A stretch of DNA of 44,015 bases from Pseudomonadota bacterium (lineage in GTDB: Bacteria; Pseudomonadota; Gammaproteobacteria; Burkholderiales; Burkholderiaceae_C): positions 1-44,015 of the forward strand of contig JAFEES010000571.1 of the NCBI GenBank assembly GCA_018240995.1. The letters run 5' to 3'. This document shows positions 30,164 to 38,880 of this stretch, in pieces. The translations under genes were made by a program, and so were the position numbers. The notes beneath the pieces are model-generated. The model was not told the DNA's origin and searched no databases. It saw only the letters and a program-made list of their open reading frames with translations. Position 1 is the first letter of the stretch, and each line of letters opens with the position of its first letter.

Positions 30164-30228
30164 CTAGTCCACACCGTCACATGCAGATAATGACATGCCA
30201 CCCTCCCGCCAACCACCAGCCAAGCCCC

Positions 30229-32001
30229 ATGACCCACACCACCGCCGGCACCACCCTGCTCGACCTGAGCCTGGAGCGCACCCTGGATCAGTGGGTGCAG
30301 CGTTTCTCGCAGCCCGAATGGCGTGGCCGCTACGTCGAAGGCTGGCTCTTCGAGGGCCAGGCCGCACGCCGCGCGGCCGAGCAGCGGCTGGCGGCGCTGG
30401 GCGTGCAGGCGCGCTTTCACAGCGCCTACAAGCCGCTAGTGCAGCATTTCATCGACAACGTGGGACGCGCGCAGCTGCTGGCGGCCCATGTGCGCTACCC
30501 CACGGCGCAGCTGGGCCCGGCGCAGCGCTTCCGGCTGGAGGCCTACCCGCTTGCCGCGTTGCTGCCCGAAGGCGCGCTGACGCTGGAGGCGCGCACCGAC
30601 GCCCTGCCGCACTACGACGTGCAGTTGCAGCTGCCAGGCGGCAAGTGCCTGACGCAACGCGTGCACACGCCCAACCGCCGCCATGCCGACGCCAGCGGCG
30701 CCCCGGCGCTGTCGCCCACTGGCTGGCTGCGCGTGGGCAGCATGGCCGGCGCGGCCGACCTGCTCGATTGCGCCGTGAGCACCGATTACGAGCAGGCCTT
30801 CGCCCAGGCCCTGCACGCCGTGCGCGCCCACCCCTGGCCCGAGCGCGAGCCCTATTTCGAGCGTCTGCAGCTGCGCATCGACCTGCCCGGCTACGAGCAG
30901 CCCATCGCCGGCACTGACGAGGTGATCAGCACGGCCGAGGCGCTGCACGAAGACCTGTACTTCTCGCTGCTCGAATTCTTCCAGCAGCACAGCGGCCGCC
31001 CCGTGGGCGACCGGCGCCTGCAGCCCGGCCAGATCGTGCCCGACATACGCACCGGCGCCAGCGCCGTGCGCGTGCTGCTCAGCCTGCAGCCGTTTGATGC
31101 GGCGGCGCAGGACGCGCTGGCCGCCCCGCAGTCGCCACCACCATCGCTGGCCGAGTTGGACTGCCCACCCGCACCCGACTACATCGCCCAGACCCTGCAG
31201 GCCTGGCCCGCCGAACGCTTTGGCGCGCGCACGCGCCAGGGGCGCAGCGTGTGGGGCCTGTACCGGCGCGGCACGCAGCGGCCGGTGTTCATCAGCGCCG
31301 GCCAGCATGCCAACGAGACCTCGGGCGTGGTCGGCGCGCTGCGCGCCGCCGATCTGCTGCGCCAGGACGACAGCGCGCATTTCGCGCTGATCGCGCTGGA
31401 GAACCCCGACGGCTACGCCCTGCACCGCGAGCTGTGCCGCCAGCACAGCGGCCACATGCACCACGCGGCGCGCTACACCGCCCTGGGCGACGACGTGGAA
31501 TACCGCGAAAGCGCGCCGCTGTACGAGCGCGAGGCGCGCCAGCAGGCGCTGGCCCTGTCGGGCGCGCAGCTGCATGTGAACCTGCACGGCTACCCGGCGC
31601 ATGAATGGACGCGCCCGCTGTCGGGCTATGTGCCGCGCGGCTTCGAGCAATGGATGTTGCCCAAGGGCTTCTTCCTCATCCTGCGCCATCACGCCGGCTG
31701 GCAACAGCCGGCGCGCGCGCTGCTGGAGGCGGTGTGCGAGCGCCTGCGGCAGGTGCCGGGCCTGGCCGAGTTCAACGCGCGCCAGCGCGCCCTGTACGAG
31801 CAGCACGCCGGGCCGCTGCCGTTCGAGCTGCTGCACGGCATTGCCTGCACGCAGGCGCAGACCTCGCACGACGCGCCGGTGACGCTGATCACCGAGTTCC
31901 CCGACGAGACCGTGAGTGGCGCGCCGTTCCGCTTTGCGCACCTGGTGCAAATGCACACGGTGCTGGCGGCGGTGCAGGCCTGGCAGCAGATAGGGCCATG
32001 A
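30229..32001 (+). CDS. M14 family zinc carboxypeptidase-like protein
   Basis: GQHANETSG (HxxE), ENPDG, NLHGYP, TEFPDE; start uncertain, and the longer ORF runs through the MITE. Confidence 0.8.
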   Translation: MTHTTAGTTLLDLSLERTLDQWVQRFSQPEWRGRYVEGWLFEGQAARRAAEQRLAALGVQARFHSAYKPLVQHFIDNVGRAQLLAAHVRYPTAQLGPAQRFRLEAYPLAALLPEGALTLEARTDALPHYDVQLQLPGGKCLTQRVHTPNRRHADASGAPALSPTGWLRVGSMAGAADLLDCAVSTDYEQAFAQALHAVRAHPWPEREPYFERLQLRIDLPGYEQPIAGTDEVISTAEALHEDLYFSLLEFFQQHSGRPVGDRRLQPGQIVPDIRTGASAVRVLLSLQPFDAAAQDALAAPQSPPPSLAELDCPPAPDYIAQTLQAWPAERFGARTRQGRSVWGLYRRGTQRPVFISAGQHANETSGVVGALRAADLLRQDDSAHFALIALENPDGYALHRELCRQHSGHMHHAARYTALGDDVEYRESAPLYEREARQQALALSGAQLHVNLHGYPAHEWTRPLSGYVPRGFEQWMLPKGFFLILRHHAGWQQPARALLEAVCERLRQVPGLAEFNARQRALYEQHAGPLPFELLHGIACTQAQTSHDAPVTLITEFPDETVSGAPFRFAHLVQMHTVLAAVQAWQQIGP

Positions 32002-32031
32002 AATGCGCATGCGCCTGCCTACAATCGGCGG

Positions 32032-32389
32032 ATGCTGCACGCTCTCGCCTTCGGCCTAGGCGCCCGCGCCTGCGCGTTGGCGGCTGACGCCGTGGCCCGA
32101 CACCGGGGGGGCGCTGGCGACCAACCTGGTCGTCGTTTACCTGAAAGGCCTGTGACCGGCTCTGTTCCTGGCCCTGCCGCAGCTCGATCCCACCTGGCAC
32201 CCGCCGCTCATCACCGGCTTTCTGGGCGCCCTGACCACCTTCTCCACCTTCTCGGCCGCGGTCATCGACCTGCTGCAGCAGCAGCGCCTGGCGCTGGTCC
32301 TGTGCACGCTGCATGTGGCGGGCTCGCTGTGCATGACCTCGGCCGGGCTGCAAAGCAGGCCGCCGCTGCCCCTTGGGGCCCGGCTTTGA
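32032..32389 (+). pseudogene. crcB: fluoride channel CrcB/FluC pseudogene
   Basis: MLHALAFGLGA, then a frameshift near 32065-32075 to RWRL..ALATNL; in-frame TGA at 32153-32155; then LPQLDPTW..LITGFLGALTTFSTFS..LHVAGSL (Fluc signature). Confidence 0.85.
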
Positions 32390-32390
32390 A

Positions 32391-32430
32391 CTATCATTTA
32401 CATAGCTGCCTGCGCTTTACACACAGGCGT
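32391..32430 (+). repeat. bipartite repeat copy
   Basis: CTAT-CATTTAC-ATAGC-TGCCT-GCGCTT-TACACAC-AGGCGT. Confidence 0.7.
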
Positions 32431-32506
32431 TGGCGCAAGTTTTTGCCCAAATCTCCTTCACCCTAGACCGCTCAAGCCTGCGGCCCTTTGTCCGATACCA
32501 AGAATC

Positions 32507-33370
32507 ATGCAAGCCAATACCGATCTGCAAGACAGCCGCCTGGCCAACGCCTGGGCCGAGCTGCACAACTACGCCGTGGCCGGCAACCCGCTGCACGCCG
32601 ACTCCTACCGCCTGGCCTTTGCCGACCCCGAATTCATGCTGCGCCGCGAGACGCGCGGCATACGCTTTCAGCTGGAGCTGCTGAAACCCGAGCTGGAACA
32701 GGCCGAGCAGGGCATAGAGCACACCGTGGTGGTGTATGGCAGCGCGCGCTTCGTCGCGCCCGAGGCCGCGGCCGAACAACTGGCCGAGGCCCGCGCCAGC
32801 GACGACGCCGAGCGCATCGCGCGTGCCGAGCGCGCCGTGAAAAACGCCTTCTACTACGACCAGGCGCGCCGCTTTGCGCGCCATGTGGCCGAATACAGCC
32901 AAAGCCGCCCGCCGGCCGAGCGCCTGTACATCTGCACCGGCGGCGGCCCCGGCATCATGGAGGCCGCCAACCGCGGCGCGCATGACGCCGGCGCACCCAA
33001 CATCGGCCTGAACATCACGCTGCCGCACGAGCAAAGCGGCAACAAATACATCACGCCCTCGCTGTCGTTCAAGTTCCACTACTTCGCGCTGCGCAAGATG
33101 CATTTCATGATGCGCGCCAAGGCGCTGGTGCTGTTCCCCGGCGGCTTCGGCACGCTGGACGAGCTGTTCGAGGTGCTGACCCTGGTGCAGACCGGCAAGG
33201 CCAAGGCCGCGCCCATCGTGCTCTTCGGCACCGACTTCTGGAAGCGCCTGATCAACTTCGAGGCCCTGGTGGAGCAAGGCACCATCTCGCAGGGCGACCT
33301 GAAGCTGTTTCACTACTGCGACGACCCGGCGGAAGCCTGGGCCATCATCCGCGCGTTCTACGAACTGTGA
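32507..33370 (+). CDS. LOG family (TIGR00730-like) nucleotide phosphoribohydrolase
   Basis: VYGSAR, TGGGPGIMEAANRGA, FHYFALRKMHF, FPGGFGTLDELFE. Confidence 0.9.
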   Translation: MQANTDLQDSRLANAWAELHNYAVAGNPLHADSYRLAFADPEFMLRRETRGIRFQLELLKPELEQAEQGIEHTVVVYGSARFVAPEAAAEQLAEARASDDAERIARAERAVKNAFYYDQARRFARHVAEYSQSRPPAERLYICTGGGPGIMEAANRGAHDAGAPNIGLNITLPHEQSGNKYITPSLSFKFHYFALRKMHFMMRAKALVLFPGGFGTLDELFEVLTLVQTGKAKAAPIVLFGTDFWKRLINFEALVEQGTISQGDLKLFHYCDDPAEAWAIIRAFYEL

Positions 33371-34512
33371 AGTGACTCGCTGCGCAGCCGCCAGGCCACG
33401 CGTGCGCCCAGCCCCACGGCGCCGCCCACGATCCAGAACAGCCCGCCCACGCCGATGAGCGCGCTGGCCGTGCCGAACAGCAGCGGCATGAGCACGCTGG
33501 AGCCGTTGATGGCCATGAGGCGCAGGCCCAGCGCCTCGCCATGGCGGTGCGCCGGCGTGAACTGGTGCAGCATGCTCATGATCATCGGCTGCACCGAGCC
33601 CAGAGCAAAGCCCAGCAGCACCGAGCAGCCGCCCAGCGCCAGCGCCGTGGGCAGCAGCGGGTAGACGGCAAACAGCAGCGCCGTGGCCAGCATGGCCACG
33701 GCGACCACCGTGGCCTCGTGCAGGCGCTCGGCCAGCAGCGGCATGAGCACGCGTATCAGCGCCGCCGCGATGGCGAACGCGCCCAGGATGGAGCCGATCA
33801 CCGAGGCCGACAGCCCACGCTCATAGCCCAGCAGCGGCACGACGAAGGTGTGCACGTCCCAGCATGACGACAGCAGCCAGTTGACGACGAGCAGGCGGCG
33901 AAAGCCGGGCACGGCCAGCAGGTCCCAGGCGCGCGCACCGGCGCCGCCCGCCACGCTGGCCACCGGCGGCAGCTCCTGTGTGCTGCGCACCCACAGCCAG
34001 GTGGCCCAGGGCAGCAGGGCCAACAGCGCAAACGCGGCGCGAAAGCCGGCATGGTCGATCAGCAGGCCGGCGCTGAACGGCCCGAGAAAATTCGATACCG
34101 CCGGGCCGATGGCCAGCCAGCTGAAAACCTGGCGCAGCTGCGTGCCGCCATGCGCCGCACGGCCCACATGGCGCTGCAGCGCAATCGTGGCCACGCCCGT
34201 GGCGCCGCCGGTGAGCAGCGCCGCCACGCACAGCACCGGGAACACCGGCCACGCCACGGCCACCCCCGCGCCCAGAGCTGCCGCCAGCACGGCGCGGTGC
34301 ACCGGGCGCTTCAGGCCACGGCGATCGGCATAGCGCCCCGCGGGCAGGGCCAGGAACACCTGGGTCAGCGCGAACAGCGCCAGCAGCACGCCCACTGCCG
34401 CCGCGCTATGGCCCTCGCGCAGGGCCAGCAGCGGCGCGGCCATGCGCATGCCGGCCATGCAGGCGTGGATGCAGACCTGCCCCAGGATCAGGCGCGCCAG
34501 TGCCCAGTTCAA
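33358..34512 (-). CDS. MFS transporter
   Basis: GRYADRRGLK motif A; about 12 TM helices; TTG start just after the rmuC stop. Confidence 0.88.
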   Translation of the reverse strand: MNWALARLILGQVCIHACMAGMRMAAPLLALREGHSAAAVGVLLALFALTQVFLALPAGRYADRRGLKRPVHRAVLAAALGAGVAVAWPVFPVLCVAALLTGGATGVATIALQRHVGRAAHGGTQLRQVFSWLAIGPAVSNFLGPFSAGLLIDHAGFRAAFALLALLPWATWLWVRSTQELPPVASVAGGAGARAWDLLAVPGFRRLLVVNWLLSSCWDVHTFVVPLLGYERGLSASVIGSILGAFAIAAALIRVLMPLLAERLHEATVVAVAMLATALLFAVYPLLPTALALGGCSVLLGFALGSVQPMIMSMLHQFTPAHRHGEALGLRLMAINGSSVLMPLLFGTASALIGVGGLFWIVGGAVGLGARVAWRLRSESLHSS

Positions 34513-34513
34513 G

Positions 34514-36055
34514 CTATTCGCCTTCGTCCTCGTCCTCGATCAGCAGCCCGGATACCGAAGTGGCGCCCCCCGCCTCGGCCGGGGGTGCGGGCAGCTCCTG
34601 CACGCCGCGCAGGCTGCGCTGTATGGCGCGCGTGCGCACGTCCACCTGCTCGAACTTCTTGGCCGCCGCGTCTATGGACTTGCGCGTCTGATCGACGATG
34701 ACGCCAAACTTGGCGAACTCGTTCTTCACCTGGCCCAGCACGCTCCACACCTCGGACGAGCGCTTCTCGATGGCCAGGGTCTTGAAGCCCATCTGCAGGC
34801 TGCTGAGCATGGCCGCCAGGTTCGCCGGGCCGGTGATCATCACGCGGCAGTCGTTCTGCACCGCCTCCACCAGGCCGGGGCGGCGCATGACCTCGGCGAA
34901 CAGCCCCTCGGTGGGCAGGTAGAGCACGGCGAAGTCCGTGGTGTAGGGCGGGGCCACGTATTTGCTGAAGATCTTCTTCGCCTCCAGCTTGATGGAAGCC
35001 TCGAAGGCATTGCCGGCCGAGGCGATCGCCGCCTTGTCGGCGCTGTCTTGCGCGTCCACCAGGCGCTGGTAATGCTCCACGGGGTATTTGGAGTCTATGG
35101 GCAGCCACACCGGCTGCTCCTCGCTCCTGCCCGGCAGGCGGATGGCGAACTCGACCAGCTCGTCGCTGCCCGGCTGGGTCTTGACGTTCTTCTCGTACTG
35201 CGCGGGCGTGAGCACGTTGTCGATGATGGCGCCCAGCTGCATCTCGCCCCAGGTGCCGCGCGTCTTCACGTTGGTCATCACGCGCTTGAGGTCACCCACG
35301 CCGGCGGCCAGGGTCTGCATCTCGCCCAGGCCCTTGTGCACCTGCTCCAGCCGCTCGCTGACGAGCTTGAAGGAATCGCCCAGGCGCTGCTCCAGCGTGG
35401 CGTGCAGCTTTTCGTCCACGGTGCGGCGCATTTCCTCCAGCTTGGCGGCGTTGTCCTGCTGGATGGCCGCCAGGCGCTCGTTGAGCGTGCCGCGCAGCGC
35501 CTCGGCGCCCTGCTGGCTGCTGGCCACCAGGCCGGTGAGCTGCTGCGTCACCGCCTCCTGCAGGCCGGCGAACTGGTGGCGCAGCTGCTGGGTGTGTGCC
35601 TCCAGCTGCGCCTGCACGTCGCCCTTCAGGGCCTGGGCGGTCTGCGTGAGCTCGGCGCGGAACGCCGCCAGCGCCTGCAGCTGCTCGTGGCGCGCCTGGG
35701 CTTCGTCGCTGCGGCCCTGCGCCAGTTGCTGCTCCAGGCGCGACTGCAGTGCGCCAAAGGATGTCTGCAGCTCGGCCCGGTTGGTGCGTGATTCGTGCGC
35801 CGCCAGCTGCAGGCGCTCGTCCAGCAGCGCCTGCGTGCTGTGCGTGAAGCCGCGCAGCTGCTGGCCCATGGCGTCCAGCACGCCGTCGTTCTTGGCCACG
35901 GCCAGCTGCGTGGCCTGCACGGCCGCTTCCAGCGCCTGCAGGCGTTGCGGCCATTCGGGCGGCAGCTCGACGCGCGGGCGGCGCAGCAGCACGGCGCACA
36001 GCAGCGCCACGGCCAGCACCAGCAGGGCCAGCACGAGCATCATTTCAATGGTCAT
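34514..36055 (-). CDS. rmuC: DNA recombination protein RmuC
   Basis: N-terminal TM and coiled coil; NVKTRGTWGE, LPIDSKYP, TTDFAVLYLPTEGL. Confidence 0.93.
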   Translation of the reverse strand: MTIEMMLVLALLVLAVALLCAVLLRRPRVELPPEWPQRLQALEAAVQATQLAVAKNDGVLDAMGQQLRGFTHSTQALLDERLQLAAHESRTNRAELQTSFGALQSRLEQQLAQGRSDEAQARHEQLQALAAFRAELTQTAQALKGDVQAQLEAHTQQLRHQFAGLQEAVTQQLTGLVASSQQGAEALRGTLNERLAAIQQDNAAKLEEMRRTVDEKLHATLEQRLGDSFKLVSERLEQVHKGLGEMQTLAAGVGDLKRVMTNVKTRGTWGEMQLGAIIDNVLTPAQYEKNVKTQPGSDELVEFAIRLPGRSEEQPVWLPIDSKYPVEHYQRLVDAQDSADKAAIASAGNAFEASIKLEAKKIFSKYVAPPYTTDFAVLYLPTEGLFAEVMRRPGLVEAVQNDCRVMITGPANLAAMLSSLQMGFKTLAIEKRSSEVWSVLGQVKNEFAKFGVIVDQTRKSIDAAAKKFEQVDVRTRAIQRSLRGVQELPAPPAEAGGATSVSGLLIEDEDEGE

Positions 36056-36061
36056 ATCTTT

Positions 36062-36101
36062 CTATTAATTCAATAGCTTCACGCGCTTTACCGACAAGCG
36101 C
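36062..36101 (+). repeat. bipartite repeat copy
   Basis: CTAT-TAATTCA-ATAGC-TTCAC-GCGCTT-TACCGAC-AAGCGC. Confidence 0.75.
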
Positions 36102-36114
36102 CGCAACGGAATTA

Positions 36115-36257
36115 TTCCTGACTGAGTACATGCCACGCAAAGTAACGTCACGCCCGCGCAGGCGGGCATCCAGCCTTTGCCCGGGGCATGGATTCCCGCC
36201 TGCGCGGGAATGACGATGCGCAGATAAGCGAGGCCATAAGGCGCACCACTCATCAGG
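36115..36257. mobile_element. TIR-like element carrying a REP doublet (family B copy 2)
   Basis: left end ATTCCTGACTGAGTACATG is 17/19 identical to 14463-14481; right end ACTCATCAGG is a partial inverse; inner inverted pair GTCACGCCCGCGCAGGCGGGCATCCA / TGGATTCCCGCCTGCGCGGGAATGAC at 36147-36214. Confidence 0.6.
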
Positions 36258-36260
36258 GCG

Positions 36261-37241
36261 CTACTTTGTCAGCGGGGTATTCACCGGCGTCAGCGCGCCG
36301 CGGCCGTCGAAGAAGGCCACCAGGTTGTCCGCCGCCAGCCGCGCCATGGCCAGGCGCGTGGGTACGGTGGCGCTGGCGATATGCGGCGTCAGCACCACGT
36401 TGGGCCGCTCCAGCAGGCCGGGGTGCACGGCGGGCTCGCCCTCGAACACGTCCAGGCCGGCGGCGGCGATGCGCCCCTCCTTCAAGGCCACGGCCAGCGC
36501 CGCGTCATCGACGATGCCGCCGCGCGCGATGTTCACCAGCGTGGCCGTGGGCTTCATGCGTGCCAGCTCGGCCGCGCCTATGGCGTGGTGCGATTCGGCG
36601 CTGTAGGGCAGCACCAGCACCAGGTGGTCGGCCTGTTGCAGCAGCTCGTCCTTGCCCACGTAGCGCGCCCGGCATTCGGCCTCCAGCGCGGACGCCAGGC
36701 GCGAGCGGTTGTGGTAGATCACCTTCATGCCGAAGCCATGCGCGCCGCGCCGGGCAATGCCCTGGCCGATGCGGCCCATGCCCAGGATGCCCAGGGTGCT
36801 GCCATGCACCTCGGCGCCGGCGAACATGTCGTAGCGCCAGCTGTTCCACAGGCCGGCGCGCAGGTAATGCTCGGACTCGGTGATGCGTCGCGCCGTGGCC
36901 ATGAGCAGCGCAAAGCCGAAGTCGGCCGTGGTCTCGGTGAGCACGTCGGGCGTGTTCGTGGCCTGCACGCCGGCGGCAGCCATGGCCTGCACGTCGAAGT
37001 TGTTGTAGCCCACGGCCATGTTGGCGGCAATCTTCAGGCGCGGGCAGGCGGCCAGCACGGCCGCGTCTATGCGGTGGCTGCCGGTGATGAACACGCCGTC
37101 CTTGTCGGCCAGGCGCCGGGCCAGCTCGGCCTGGCTCCACAGCACATCATCGGGGTTGGATTCGAGCTCGAAATGCTGCGCCAGGTAGTCGGTGATCTCG
37201 GGAAAGATATGGCGCGTGACCAGGATGCGGGGCTTGGACAT
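36261..37241 (-). CDS. D-2-hydroxyacid dehydrogenase (glyoxylate/hydroxypyruvate reductase, GhrB-like)
   Basis: AVGYNNFD, NTPDVLTETTAD, GMGRIG, NIARG, LDVFEGEP, TPHIASAT. Confidence 0.92.
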   Translation of the reverse strand: MSKPRILVTRHIFPEITDYLAQHFELESNPDDVLWSQAELARRLADKDGVFITGSHRIDAAVLAACPRLKIAANMAVGYNNFDVQAMAAAGVQATNTPDVLTETTADFGFALLMATARRITESEHYLRAGLWNSWRYDMFAGAEVHGSTLGILGMGRIGQGIARRGAHGFGMKVIYHNRSRLASALEAECRARYVGKDELLQQADHLVLVLPYSAESHHAIGAAELARMKPTATLVNIARGGIVDDAALAVALKEGRIAAAGLDVFEGEPAVHPGLLERPNVVLTPHIASATVPTRLAMARLAADNLVAFFDGRGALTPVNTPLTK

Positions 37242-37260
37242 GGTGCTTGCCTTTGATTCA

Positions 37261-37419
37261 GAGGCTGAGAGGAAATTGGCCGCGCCCGAAAGGCGCGTCA
37301 AAACGCCTCCAATCGAGGCGCAAAACGCAGCCATAGCTCGGGCTATGGCGAGTATTTGCAACGAAGAGTGGCGGTGTTTTGGTGTGCAAGGCGGGCATGG
37401 GCAATTGCCTCTCAGGCTC
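37261..37419. mobile_element. 159-bp MITE, family A copy 2
   Basis: 155/159 identical to 7757-7915; flanked by TCA and TTA; the TTA is the antiporter stop codon. Confidence 0.85.
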
Positions 37420-38841
37420 TTAGAAAAAGATGAAGGTCATGGCGATGAACAGCGGCACCAGGATGCCGCAGGACCAGAGCATGTAGCCGAAGAAGCTGGG
37501 CATCTTCACGCCGCGATCCTCGGCGATGGCCTTCACCATGAGGTTGGGCGCGTTGCCTATATAGGTGTTGGCGCCCATGAACACGGAACCGGCGGAAATC
37601 GCCGCCAGGGTGCTGGCATAGGTGCTCATGAGCGTGGCCACGTCACCCCCCGCGGTGTTGAAGAACACCAGGTAGGTGGGGGCGTTGTCCAAAAACGACG
37701 AAAGCACCCCGCTGGCCCAGAAGTACATCGCCGGCTGGGGCTGTCCGTCAGGCCCCGTTACTGCGGAAACGATAGCACCAAACGGCCCGTTGACGCCCGC
37801 CTTGAGCATGGCGATGACCGGCACTATGGTCAGGAAGATGCCCGCGAAGAGCTTGGCCACCTCCTGCATCGGGCCCCAGCCGAACTGGTTGTCCGCATGC
37901 ACCTTGGCCGGCGTGACGGCCAGCGACACCAGGGTGACGGAGATCAGCCCCAGGTCGCGCACCAGCCCGGGCAGGCCCACGGGAGTGCCGGCTATTGTCC
38001 ACTGCACGCCGGACTGCCACATGCCGCTCATCAGCACCAGCGCCACCACGGCCAGCAGCAGCACGAAGTTGATCTTGCCGTCAAAGCCCAGCGCGGCCGG
38101 GGGCGAATCGGGCGTGGGATCCCTGCGCTCGAGTTCGCCGGGTTGGCGCAAATACCAGGAATCCAGCGCAAAGAACAGCGCCAGCAGCACGCCGACCAGC
38201 AGCAGCGTCTCGGGGAAGATATGGCGCACCGTCCAGAAGAAATCCACGCCCTTCAGAAAGCCCAGGAACAGCGGCGGATCACCCAGCGGCGTGAGCGAGC
38301 CGCCGGCGTTGGAGACGATGAAGATGAAGAACACCACCACATGGGCCACATGCCTGCGGTTGTCGTTGGCGCGGATCAGCGGGCGTATCAGCAGCATGGA
38401 GGCACCCGTGGTGCCCATGAAGCTGGCCAGCACCGCGCCCAGGGCCAAAATACCTGCGTTCAGCGCCGGCGTGCCGTGCAGGTTGCCGCGTATGTAGATG
38501 CCGCCGGCCACGGTGAACAGCGCCGACAGCAGGATCACGAAGGGCAGGTACTCGGCCACCAGCGCATGCACGAACTGCGCCGCCGCGGCCTGGGCCCCGA
38601 ACACCGCGCCAAACGGCAGCAGGAACGCCAGCGACCAGCCCAGCACCAGTTTGCCGAAATGGTGGTGCCAGAACAGCGGCGCCACCATGGGCAGGAGCGC
38701 AATCGACAGCAGGATGCCGGCAAAGGGCACGCCCCACAGTACCGACAGCCGGCCGCCGTCTATCTCTGCCGCCGCGGCCAGGGCGGGCACCAGACACAGC
38801 GCGGCCAGTGCCAGGGGGCGAATGGGTTTCAAGGCAATCAT
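37420..38841 (-). CDS. ion transporter (IT) superfamily protein, putative Na+/H+ antiporter or citrate transporter
   Basis: GTTGASMLLIRP, SNAGGSLTPLGDPPLFLGFL, SSFLDNAPTY, GANTYIGNAPN; about 12 TM helices. Confidence 0.85.
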   Translation of the reverse strand: MIALKPIRPLALAALCLVPALAAAAEIDGGRLSVLWGVPFAGILLSIALLPMVAPLFWHHHFGKLVLGWSLAFLLPFGAVFGAQAAAAQFVHALVAEYLPFVILLSALFTVAGGIYIRGNLHGTPALNAGILALGAVLASFMGTTGASMLLIRPLIRANDNRRHVAHVVVFFIFIVSNAGGSLTPLGDPPLFLGFLKGVDFFWTVRHIFPETLLLVGVLLALFFALDSWYLRQPGELERRDPTPDSPPAALGFDGKINFVLLLAVVALVLMSGMWQSGVQWTIAGTPVGLPGLVRDLGLISVTLVSLAVTPAKVHADNQFGWGPMQEVAKLFAGIFLTIVPVIAMLKAGVNGPFGAIVSAVTGPDGQPQPAMYFWASGVLSSFLDNAPTYLVFFNTAGGDVATLMSTYASTLAAISAGSVFMGANTYIGNAPNLMVKAIAEDRGVKMPSFFGYMLWSCGILVPLFIAMTFIFF

Positions 38842-38880
38842 CTCTCTTCGGTTCCTGTGGTTGTCGCGGCTGCAGACCGA

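Noticed and set aside
29968-30228. N-terminal extension of the 677-aa M14 ORF
   Set aside because: Reads through the 161-bp MITE; not credible coding sequence
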